Positions 25,406-36,312 of a stretch of DNA of 64,000 bases are shown in pieces. Positions within the stretch are counted from its first letter, which is position 1, and each line of letters begins with the position of its first letter. Below the pieces are notes generated by a model. That model was not told the origin of the DNA and made no database searches. It saw only the letters and a list, made by a program, of their open reading frames with translations. The position numbers were made by a program, and so were the translations under genes. The stretch is from positions 95,046,001 through 95,110,000 of the forward strand of contig NC_042999.1 in NCBI RefSeq assembly GCF_006345805.1, given 5' to 3'. This DNA is from Octopus sinensis. Taxonomy: Eukaryota.

Positions 25406-25692
25406 GTGTGTGTATGTGTGTGTGTGTATACGTGCATGCATGGGCACATGTATGTGCATGTGTGTGCGTGTGTATTGTGGTGACAGCTGATTGTCCAACT
25501 GAACCAAACTACTGTTTTTCCAAATTTCTGATCTGATCTGTCTGTTGCAACTCTTAACAGATGTGTTATATTTTATTCATATAATAGGGCTGGATTTGAG
25601 CTCAGAGAGCAGAGTCAGAATTGATACCTTAATGTATTAAAGCATTGTAGCTAATACTGTAACAACTCTGCCAATTGACTACCTTTATTTAT

Positions 25693-25741
<49 letters not shown>

Positions 25742-25750
25742 GTGAAAAGG

Positions 25751-25785
<35 letters not shown>

Positions 25786-25811
25786 GTGAAAAGGAACATA
25801 TATATATATAT

Positions 25812-27238
25812 AAACCAAAGTCCTAATAAGTAACAAGGCAGACAAACCACAAATCCCTTCAGCTAGATGGCTCTGCTCAATCTGTAGAAAAAGCATAGGT
25901 AGAAACTCTATAAGATGTACCCAGTGTAAGCTATGGACACATAAGAGGTGCAGCAATATTAACGGAAGGCTAATTGGGAAGGTAGTTTTCATATGTGGTA
26001 GATGCTCAGGTGCAATAAACACTGAAAATGTGCAGAGAACAATTTCTGCCACATTCCAGGGAGAAAAACTAGAAGTAGTCGATAGCTTCCGTTACCTAGG
26101 TGACCAAATCAGTTGCGAGGTGGGTGCATTGAAAGTGCAGCTGCTAGAATAAGAATAGCTTGGGCAAAGTTCAGAGAGCCCTTACCTCTGCTGGTGACAA
26201 AGGGCCTCTCACTCAGGTAGACTGTATGACACGTGTACGAACAGCCATGCTACATGGCAGTGAAACATGGCCCATGACTGCTGAGGACATGCATAAGCTT
26301 GCAAGGAATGAAGCCAGTATGCTCTGATGGATGTGTAATGTCAGTGTTCATACTCAATAGAGTGTAAGTACCTTGAGAGAAAAGTTGGACCTAAGAAGCA
26401 TCAGTTGTAGTGTGCTAGAGAGATGACTGCACTGGTATGGTAATGTGGCAAGAATGTATGAGGATAGCTGTGTAAAAGAGTGCCACACCCTAGTGGTTGA
26501 GGGCACCTGTGGAAGAGGTAGACCCAGGAAGACCTAGAATGAGGTGGTGAAGCATGACCATCGAACATTAGGCCTCACCGAGGGAACAACTAGTGACCGA
26601 GGCCTTTGGAAATATGTTGTGCTTGAGAAGACGTGGCAAGCCAAGTGAGACCATAATCAGTGACCTTATGCCAGAGGTGTGACCAGCCCACTTATGCATA
26701 CCTTTCCTTCATTGGACACTAAACTCTGCTTGCAAAGATCTGTTGAGGCAAGTGAAATCGAAATCGAAATCAAATAGGATGACTGGCATCCGTGCTAGTG
26801 GAGTACTAAGAGCACCATCTGAACGTGATCATTGCCAGAAGCAGCTGACTGGTTTCCGTGCTGGTGACACTTAAAAAGCACCATTCAAGCGTGATCATTA
26901 CAAGCATCACCTTACTAGCACTTGTGCTGGTGGCACATGAAAAAATTTCGAGTGAGGTCATTGCCAGTGCCACTGGACTGGCTCCTGTGCAGGTGGCATG
27001 TAAAAAAGCCATTTGAGCGTGGCCATTGCCAGTACCACCAGACTGGCCCTCATGCTGGTGGCACATAAAAGTACCCACTACACTCTTGGAGTGGTTGGCA
27101 TTAGGAAGGGCATTCAGCTGTAGAAACTCTGCCAGATGAGATTGAAGCCTGGCACAGCCATCTGGTTTGCCAATACTCAGTCAAATCGTCATACCCATGC
27201 TAGCATGGAAAACTGGTGTTAAATGATGATGATGATGA
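25812..27238 (+). mobile_element. 5'-truncated RTE-clade LINE with PHD-finger insert, long 3' UTR and (GAT)n tail
   Basis: TKVL..WLCSICRKSIGRNSIRCTQCKLWTHKRC..ICGRC..EKLEVVDSFRYLGD..MLHGSETW. The 3' end reads GGAAGGGCATTCAGCTGTAGAAAC..GTTAAATGATGATGAT. Confidence 0.9.
26781..27075 (+). repeat. About 4.5 tandem copies of a 62-67-bp unit in the RTE 3' UTR
   Basis: Units begin GACTGG and contain GTGC(T/C)GGTGGCAC..AAAAAGCACC..TTGCCAG. The same array appears at about 60660-60905 on the minus strand. Confidence 0.85.
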
Positions 27239-27287
27239 TATATATATGTTATAATTTAGAACAAACCGTTACTTTTTTATTATTATT

Positions 27288-27430
27288 ATCTTAATATATA
27301 AAATCTGTTCCGTCCGTCTGTCTGCCTGTCTGTGCGCTTATAACTCAAGTATTGTTCATTTGATTGCGCTGAAATTTTAAACATGGAAACGTGAGAGAGT
27401 GGGGCATTCCGTAATCTAAAAAGATTTTCA
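27288..27430 (+). mobile_element. Non-autonomous Helitron-like 5' fragment
   Basis: A|TCTTAATATATAAAA followed by a (GTCT)n-like tract and CTTATAACTC..GATTG..CTGAAATTTT, resembling Lep1/DINE-type 5' ends (from recall). Confidence 0.45.
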
Positions 27431-27464
27431 AAATCATTAGTTTCAAAGTGAGAATCATCATCAT

Positions 27465-27975
27465 TATCACCATCTACCAGTTTTTTGATTCCACACTGAT
27501 ACCAGTTCTTGTCCCTCAAGGCAAAGAACTCCTTCACTGAAGCTTCCACCTTCTCTTGGTTGATGAAGCATCACAAGAAGTCAGCCATGATTAGAAGAAG
27601 TGATAATCCAAGAGAGATATTTTCCCACAATCTGAAGACCAGAAGCAGTGGTTAAGCAAAGGCCAGCTTCCAGAGCCTGTCACCAAGCATGGGCATTTTG
27701 AACACAGGGTGATGTTCTACATGAAGTTGAATTATTGGGTTCAGATAATTCCCTATGAGTTCATTCCTGACAGTTGAACCATCAATGCCAACCTGGAACA
27801 GATGTATGCCATTGTGCAGAAAAAATGCCCAGCATTGGTTAACAGAGAGTGATCTCTTCTGCAATAGGACAATGCAAGACCTCATACCACTCAAAAAACC
27901 TGGAATAAACTCCAGAAACTTGAGGGAATCAAATTGATGCCACAACCAGCATATAGCCTGGATCTAGCTCCTACA
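27465..27975. mobile_element. Rearranged mariner transposase fragments
   Basis: Plus strand 27600-27975 gives CPALVNRE..DNARPHT..MPQPAYSLDLAP. Minus strand 27465-27560 gives the C-terminal VEASVKEFFALRDKNWYQCGIKKL. Confidence 0.8.
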
Positions 27976-30164
27976 AGAGGTATAAAATCAAAGGAGAGAT
28001 ATCTAAAGTTTGCTGTTCCTCTCCATAGATTCTACACAAACTAGTTTTATTCGGGTTTTATTGTCAAAAGGACACAACACTAATTCTCTTTTTTTCCTTT
28101 CTTTTTCCATTTTGCTTTTCTTCACTCTTTCACATTTTGCATCCATCTTCCTCTCATTTTTTCTCATGGTTTTTCTTGTTCTATTGTCCTAGTTTGTATC
28201 TGGTATAAATTGTGTTCAGAGCCCTAAGATTGCATGGAGACAACAGACATGTTATAAAAACTTACATAGACTACATCTACAATATATGAAACTATTAGTA
28301 GTTCATAACTATTTACTGTGTGCATTAAATGATATATATATATATATATGCATGGCAAATGGAAATTCAGTTGTCCAGCATAGCTAAAGACTGATCAGTA
28401 AGCTTGTGTTCTTTTCTGTTTTTGATAAGTACTTATAGAGTCTAATATCATTTTATCCTTTTATGTCCAAAATTTAAGTTGATTTGTAGAATAAATACTA
28501 CAAGACACTTTGTTCAACATCTCTCTATCAATTTTGTCAACAGACATTTGGTCAGAAATGTTGAAACTTCCATCAGAGTACATAGATTTGTTGGTATCTG
28601 GATGTTTTGCTTGATCTCTGTCAGTCTCTGTGAGCACATTGCTAATTACTGTTATTGTCAGATAATAGTTTGGTGTAGTACTTACAGTCAGTTTTTATGG
28701 TGAAGTTTCTACATTAACAAGTGGAATATGCCAAAAAGTTTCAGAAACAAATATATAAAGCAACAATAAAAAAACAACAAAATGACAAACCTGAGCAGAA
28801 GATAATTAATTTTATGTTGGAAAGAATAAACAAAAGAGAGTTCGTTAGGAAGAAAAGCAAAGTAGGGAAAAGAAGATTGAAATTCCATGAAAGAAGTTGT
28901 TACAAATGAAAGTTACAAAATGAATAACAGCAATAGACAGATTGAAAAGGTGTTTTACAGCTGAGAAAACTGTTTTTCTTCTGAGGGAAATAAGGTGTGA
29001 GATGACATGCTATGTATACGAGTGTTTCACAGGTGCTGAGTCAGTCATGTCTGTAAATTTATTCTGTATTTTCAAAACCTGGGCAGCCAGAAGCTAAGCA
29101 TTCTTTTTTTTTTCTTTTTTTTTTTTGTCTGTGTTGATTACAAAGTTTGCAGTAGATGATAGCTTCTAGTTTTCAGGTGCAACAAAATAACGTACCATCA
29201 AGCAGTGAGAGTTGATAGTATCAACAAACACACTTACCTCAAAAACCACCTAAATTATTTTTGTAATTTTCAGTATGTTGGCAGAATCATTAGAGAATCA
29301 GACAAAATGAATTCTGACATTTGTACTAGTTCATTACATTCTGACTTCAAATCCCACTAAAGTATTCTTCACCTTTCATCCATTTGGGGGTTGATAATTT
29401 AAAAGACCAGCCAAGTACTGGGGTTGATGTTATCAACTAAACCCTTTCTATAAAAAACACTCATCTCTGCCTAAGTCATAGAACATTATTGTTGGAAAAA
29501 ATGGAATGTAGTGGCAGAGACTGACTTCAAAATGTTGAGCCTATCAGAGGAGAAGATGGCATACTGTGATGAATGACAATATGCTGTATTTGAGAAGACC
29601 TGTCCATCTCAGATGAATTAAGGTTTTGTCAAGCCTTCTAACACTCATTCTTTCATCAATCTCCTGTTACACTATTTTCCTTCACTTCCCCTCCATTGAA
29701 ATGATATCCTTTGCATCCAACTCATTTCCTATCTTTAATCATGTCACACTATTTTCACTCAGTGAGCTTACCTACATATCCACCTTTTCTGCTCTTCTAC
29801 CTTATTCTGTCTCATATTCACCTTGTACTAGGACATCACATCTCTCTCTTATTCTCTCTCTCTCTCATTCCAAGTGGTTGAGCCATGTAGCCACTGCTTC
29901 AGCAAGACACCTGTCTTCCTATCTTTGATAGGGAGACAGTTGTGCAGGTAAATGACCACCTCACCAGTGTTGATTCCATATAAAACATACCCAGCACACT
30001 GTTAAATGAGCGATATTGTGAAGGGCATCCAACTGTATAAACCATACAAGTGTCTTCTACTATAGCCTCAGGCCTACCAAAGCCTTGTGAGTGGATTTGG
30101 TTGACAGCAACTGAAAGAAGTACATCATATACATACATATATATATGTGTGTGTGTGTGTGTCT

Positions 30165-30955
30165 AGTTAAGTCTATGTCTGGTTTCGCATCCACAACAGG
30201 CTTAGCCCCATGGACGTCTCATCAGACTCTTAAGCTGAAGATAAATGTAACTCTTTGCCTCTGGGAGGCAGGAATCCATTACAGTCATTTGATCAGTAAG
30301 TCACCAAAGAATAAATACTCTAGGGTCAGCAAGGATGGGTTATTTTCCTTATACCAGTTCATCTGGGCCAAAAGTGGAGGAACAGAGGATTTTTCCCTCA
30401 GGCTGCTTTTAGATTGTAAGGGCCCTTCTAGGTCTAATCGGAGAATGGGGAATCCCAAGCTTGCAGCAGGTAGCATTTGAAATGGGTGCAAAGACTGTGA
30501 ATTTCTTGGCGAGTGTTCAGTGATCCAGTTTCAGGGAGTCTTTGAGTATCTTTGCTCACTCAGTTATATAAATCTTGCAGTGTTTGTTCTCATTAATGTA
30601 GGGTTCCAGCTGGTGTAAGACCCTCCACTTCATATCCCTATAGGGTTCTTTCATATTTGAGCTGCCACGCGTGGCTGGCCAGGGATGTGACAAATCATCA
30701 TTCCAGAATCCTGAAAGAGGACCTGTAGCTGTACAGGCACCGCTTGAAGGTCATCCCAGCTGACCCAATATATTTCCAGGCCTGGGTTTTGTTTGTGCTC
30801 ACATTATTGGTGTACCTTCAGTTGGCTCTGGGCCTGCAGGTGTTGTTGCCACCAGTGTTGCTGGAGCTGCCATCAGTGTTGTTATCATTACAAGGCATGG
30901 GTCTGGTGATATAACCACAGCTGTTGCAGTTGTTGTCATTAGCAGTTCAGTAAAA
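30165..30955 (-). mobile_element. Penelope-like element 3' end (GIY-YIG remnant plus terminal repeat)
   Basis: Minus strand across frameshifts gives WKYIGSAGMTFKRCLYSYRSSFR..TSLASHAWQLK..HCKICITE..LNTRQEIHSLCTHFKCYLLQ, followed about 240 nt later by a hammerhead motif. Confidence 0.8.
30169..30231 (-). ncRNA. Hammerhead ribozyme motif, partly decayed
   Basis: AAGAGU-CUGAUGA-G(A)CGUCCAU..GGCUAAGCC..GUGGAUGC-GAAAC-CAGAC-AUA-GACUU. The core is intact, but stem III and the stem I register are damaged. Confidence 0.6.
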
Positions 30956-31082
30956 GAGACTAAGCTTCAAAAAATAAGTCCTGGGATTGATTTGTTTGAC
31001 TAAAACTCTTCAAGGGCAGTGACCCAAATGGCAGCACTCAAATGACTGAAACAAGTAAAAAATTATTTATATATATATATAT

Positions 31083-31400
31083 ATCATCATCATCATTATT
31101 TAATGTCTGCCTTTCATGCTGGCCTGGGTGCGACAGTTTGACAGGAGCTCACCAAGCAGAAGACTGCACCAGACTTCTGAGTCTGTTTTGGCATGATTTT
31201 CACATGCCTTTCATAACACCAGCCACCCTGTAGAGAGGGCTGAGTGCTTTTTGCATGGCACCAGCTCAGGTGAGGTCAGTTCTGGCATTGTTTTTACTGC
31301 TGGATGCCCTTCCAAATGCCAACCACTTTACAGAGTGGATTGGATGCTTTTTAGCACTGGCAGGGTCACCAAATAACTTGCAAGACAAGGAATCTTTGAG
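31083..31400 (-). mobile_element. RTE 3'-tail-only insertion
   Basis: Reverse complement of the GGAAGGGCATCCAGC..(GAT)n tail. Similar copies lie near 24870, 35440, 37735, 45238 and 57905 (+). Confidence 0.8.
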
Positions 31401-33628
31401 CAGAGGGGGAGCATTGGAGGAGATGATCTTGTGTCAGGTAATGAAAGATTATAGTGTGACAGAGAGAGACAGAAACAGGTGTCTTGCTGAAAAGGAGGTA
31501 CATGATTACCATATCTATTTTCTCATTCTCATGGTTCTTGGCTGACTGAACCTGTTGTGCCTGCCCATTTTTGAAAACACTTCAGTCATCTGCATAGCCA
31601 CTGTGCTTCCTGTACCAAAGTCACCAGTTGTCAGGGATTGTTGTGGGAGCTATCCATGAGAAATAACAGGGCCAAGCCTATGTACACTGTATTGGATGAC
31701 TGTTGACTGTAGCAAGTTCATCTGCCCTTTGACAAGTTTGGTTTTTCATTTTGCAGGGGGTCGTCAAAGTAAAACAAGCTTAACAGTGCTGCCAGTTTAG
31801 TCGAAATCAACTTGACCTTACAGCTGGTTGTATTGGATTGTATGTTACCAGTAGTGCTTGCAAGCGACCTGACATAAATACACATACACACACATATCTG
31901 ATGATCCTGTGCATAATTTCTATTATGAAATTTTATTCACAAGTTTTTTGCTTAACTGATGCTATAACACCAAGATACTACACAAGGGACCGAATCCAGA
32001 ATCATGTGATTATAAAGCCCACTTCTTTACTTCATAGCTATCCCTGCTCCCACACTTTATACATCTTGGCCTGCTGTTTGCTTATTCATACTATCTTAAC
32101 ATTCTATTGACTTGCATAAAACTTACCCCTGTGTGCTAATTGCATGCTTACATTTACATCGGAAGTCTAATAAGATGATAACAATTACCTTAATATTCAG
32201 TAAGAAATTACTTTTAAATATGGATGATATAATCACCGACACATTAAAATATTCACCTTAGTAGCATGGAAAACAAGAGAACAGAAACTAATACATCTAT
32301 TCAGTGTTTTAGATTAACAAGTATAGGTTTCACATTGTGGAGTATAGAAAAGGAAAGTTGCTATTTTCTTTAACCTTTTACTTTCCTGTTATTAACAATT
32401 TTATTAACAATTGAACTCTCAATTCTAAAGGTAGATTTGAATAAAGAATTCAGAAGTAAAATAGCAATGAAAGAATTACTAGATGTATTTAAACTACATT
32501 CTAAAACACTGAATAAAGTGCTGAAAAGTACTTTGTTTTGTTTTTTATTTATTGTGTTAGCTTTATATTCTTGTAACCAATTTCACATCACAAAAATCTG
32601 TATTGAATTTAGATTCCATTATATGTTGTATCTTGTGAATGGTTTTCTAGCATCTTGTACATTATTACAACTATAAATGCAATGTTCTCAGACATTCTAT
32701 TCCTTAAAATGTCTAAAAAAATATAAAAATGAATAAAAAGAGAAAGAAAAGAATAAGAAAACTGGGGAGATTGAAAATTGTGGTTCTGATTTTTATTTTA
32801 TCCTTTTATCTCTTTCACTGTATTTTCATTTTTTACCATTGCACTAAAGAAAGACATTTTTTGACAAAGCATAAAGTCCCTGCTTTTTGGGATGGGTATA
32901 ATGGGATATTGTAAACTCTACACTTTTCTCAAGAGCATTGAAGGTTTAAGTGGGATGAAATGGGCTTACATTAGTGTTATGATGTTATATTGTCAGGACT
33001 TTGCTTCTTGCCTTTCATCACTCACCATACCATGCAAAAATATTTTTGAATTATATAAAGGGAATATATTAATTTTACATAACTTCCTCTCACCACTTTC
33101 TCCCCCTGCAACTACTAGACAATGTATTTCAGCACTAAAAGATTTAGCAAATATTATGTTACAAAGTAGCATTTTCCCTCTGATTGAGAAGCATCTATGT
33201 AGTCACTTGACCTGCAATAAACAGCTGTCAAATCTCCACTATATCCCTCTACTATCTTGTGAAATGCAAGGACACATTATTGATTTGATTCTAGATATTC
33301 TATTCCTGAAAAAAATTAATGTGATGGTTATGGCTGGCATGCCTTTAATGACCATAGGGATACTCAGTGAGGCTTGATTTAGTATGCTTTGCACATATTT
33401 TCTACCTTGAGTAAATGATTTCAAGGAAAAAGATTGATGTGATTCACTCAAAAATCTTGTTAATATTCCCCAAAATTGTTGGCATTGTGCCAAAATTTGA
33501 AACCAATATTAGTAGAAGGATACTGTTAGGAAAGCCCTGAGGCAGTTTTATTTTATGAGCTTTTCATGAACCAATGAAAAAATAACGTTATTGCTTGACC
33601 AGCTAGTAATGGTAACTAAATTTCTTAC

Positions 33629-33698
33629 AAATCTTATCCTTCCATCTTTAAAACCTGAAGTAAACAGTGAATCATGTAGTCCTGGATTCATAGATATG
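33629..33698 (-). CDS. Candidate coding exon with WD40-like motif (xISMNPGLHDSLFTSGFKDGRIRF)
   Basis: Strong acceptor TTGGTTTTTTCTTTCTGTATATAG and donor GTAAGA, with only one open frame. S..NP..LF.SG..DG.IR resembles WD40 strands b-c. Confidence 0.4.
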
Positions 33699-33924
33699 CT
33701 ATATACAGAAAGAAAAAACCAAATACTATGAATTAAAGCATCCAAAATGTTGAAGATTAGAATGTTCTTGGTTATAAACTAACCTAACATGGGTGACTTG
33801 GTTTGAACAGCAACAACAACAGCATTCTTCCATTCAGACAAGACTGCAAATTGAACCATATTAATTTCACTTATGCCAATGCTCTTGTCTCAGAAGATAG
33901 TCAAAGTCTATGTGTTGAGACATA

Positions 33925-35216
33925 CAAGGAGGTACCCAAAAGTAACCAGAAATGTTCTTTGTGGGACAAGCCACTTGTAGTTCAGGTGTACACCACTAGA
34001 AGCCACTTGATGCAACCCTCAGGCACCAGTTTGCCAACCAGCAGTGTCGAGTGTAGTCATAATGCTACATGGTGTGTCTTTGTTTTGCAGTGCTTCTTCC
34101 CTGTTCATTAATTTTTGCAATGGTTGAAAAGATGGAACAGCATACTTCTGGGAAATTTTGTTTTCTGCTGGGGTAAACAGTGACTGAAACAGTTATCACG
34201 CTTCAAAGAATGCTACCATGAGCAAAACACAAGTTTATGAGTGGTTTTCCTGCTTTAGGAACGTTCACTTCTTGCTTGAAGACCTACCTTGTTCAGGGCA
34301 ACTATCAACCTACCGAACAAATGAAAACACCAAGAAAATTCATGAACTGATCGTGGAGAATCATCACTGAACAATTGATTGACTTATTGATATGACTGGT
34401 GTATCCTGGAGCTCCAGTCAACGAATATTGAGCAAGGAATTGCAAATGAAAACAGTTGCAGCAAAATTTGTGCCTTGTTTGCACACAAAAGATCAAAAGC
34501 AGTAATAACTGAATATGTGTTGTGAACTGAAGTTGATCCAGTTGGAAGTTGATCCAGACCTTTTTTCGAAGATCATCACTGGTGATGAAAGTTGGTTCTA
34601 TGACTACAATCCATAAATGAAACAGCAATCAAGTCAATGGAAATATTCAGTGTCACCACACCGAATGAAGTCCAATGACAAGATGATGCTGATTTGTTTC
34701 ATTAATGTGAAAGGAATTGTCCACACAGAATTTGCTCCTGCTGGTCAAAGAGTTAACCAGACATTTTACTCACCAGTTCTGAAGTGTTTGTGTGATGCAG
34801 TGAGACAAAAATGCCCTGACTTGTGGAAAAGTGGAGAGTGGTGGTTTCATCGCGACAATGTGCCAGCATGTGAGACAGTTTTTGACCGAAAATGGCATGA
34901 CACCACTTATCCACCCTCCCTATTAATCTGATCTTGCTCCTTGCAACTTTTGCTTTGTTGCCCCAAATGAAAAAAATTCATAAAGGAAAACATTTTAAAA
35001 TGTGGAACTGGTGAAGAAAAAAACAATGGAAGCATCAAAAGGCATCACTTCACAAGAGTTCCAGAACTGCTTCAAACAGTGGAAAACACATCTGGACCAA
35101 TGAATTGCTTCAAATGGAGAATACTTTAATAAAAGTGGCAATAAAAGTGTAAACATGTAAAAGAAAGTAAATGAAATAATACTGCAAAATTCCTGTTTCT
35201 TTTGGGTACCCCCTTG
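33925..35216 (+). mobile_element. Full-length (1292 bp) dead mariner transposon
   Basis: TA|CAAGGAGGTACCCAAAAGTAACCAG and CTGTTTCTTTTGGGTACCCCCTTG|TA form TIRs with a TA duplication. Transposase remnants MSKTQVYEWF, IITGDESWFYDYNP, FHRDNVPA and DLAPC carry stops and frameshifts. Confidence 0.95.
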
Positions 35217-36096
35217 TACCTTCCCTTGCAAAATAACGGCAATGTTCCTCGTAATCATTTGAGATTTTCAAAATACAGCATAGTTGGATACTATGCTGAT
35301 ATATTTTAACCATTTACTGACTACATTTCTAATTAAATACTCTGTCCATCTGTGTTGATCAAATTTTGTAAACAATCAAGAATTGATAAGCGGTTTAGTG
35401 AAACAACTAATCTCTCTGATATTAATCTGGTGTTTGAATCATCATCATCATTTTAATGTCCACTTTTACTACATGTATGAGTCAGACAAATTTTATTGAG
35501 GCAAATTTTGACAACCCCATTGGTTTCCATGGCCAGATGTGTTTTCATAGAATACTGGAAATGTAAAACATTGTGTAATAGTTACATCCATTTACAACTA
35601 TCATGCCATGTCAAACAAGGAGACAACCATACACTTCTTAACCACACAGTCATGCTTGTGCCAATCAGGAAATTTGTATCATGGAACCAAAGGTAGTCTC
35701 CAGGGAATTAGTAACCTTAAACTTACAAGACATTCTAGAAATACATTCAACTAGTAATGGTTCTTTTCTTTATAGACATATGTTAGCGATTGTGTCAGAT
35801 TATATATTTTCAACCGAGGTTTCACAGTAATAAACATAGCAACAACTGAAGTCAACTCACACAAGACTAAATTCAACTTACGTATCTATTTTTTAATTTG
35901 AGTCATTTATACACATTTCAACCAGCAGTGTCTTCAGGTATCAAATGTGATACAGTAATAGTTAAAGAAATATTGTTACTATGATTATTAGGTTACAAAT
36001 TCGAACCTTGCTCTTATGATGTGTTTCTGAACAAAGTACTTAAATCTGACTGAAGAAATAGGTTTATCTTCAATATCTCAATGAAGGGTTTCATGA

Positions 36097-36312
36097 AGGC
36101 AGCAAGCTGGCAGAAACGTTAGCATACTGGGCAAAATGCTTAGTGGTATTTCGTCTGTCTTTATGCTCTGAGTTCAAATTTTACTGAGGTATACTTTGCC
36201 TTTCATCTTCTTGGGGTCAATAAATTAGGCACCAGTTGTGTACTGGAGTCAATCTAATCAACTGGCCCCCTCCCACAAGATTTCGGGCCTTGCACCTAGG
36301 GCAGAAAAGAAT
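36097..36312 (+). mobile_element. SINE family 2, near full length
   Basis: GGCAGCAAGCTGGCAGAAACGTTAGC head and GAGTTCAAATT B-box-like motif. Many related copies occur in the window. Confidence 0.85.

Noticed and set aside
25700-25810. Duplicated AAGGGTGAAAAGGAAC within (TA)n, and other short tandem duplications (about 2070-2125, 15938-16049, 47750-47860)
   Set aside because: Consistent with ordinary slippage or local duplication, with no further structure.
26781-27075. Regularly spaced repeats suggestive of a CRISPR array
   Set aside because: Whole units are homologous with no unique spacers, there are no cas genes, and the array is part of a eukaryotic LINE UTR.
29270-29357. Minus-strand exon starting WDLK that could continue the WD40-like exon
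   Set aside because: It lies wholly within a SINE family 2 copy and reaches a stop without a donor site.
32892-33377. 161-aa ORF
   Set aside because: The last third overlaps a dispersed repeat also seen near 1960, 17885, 41940 and 46675. No splice signals or domain were recognised.
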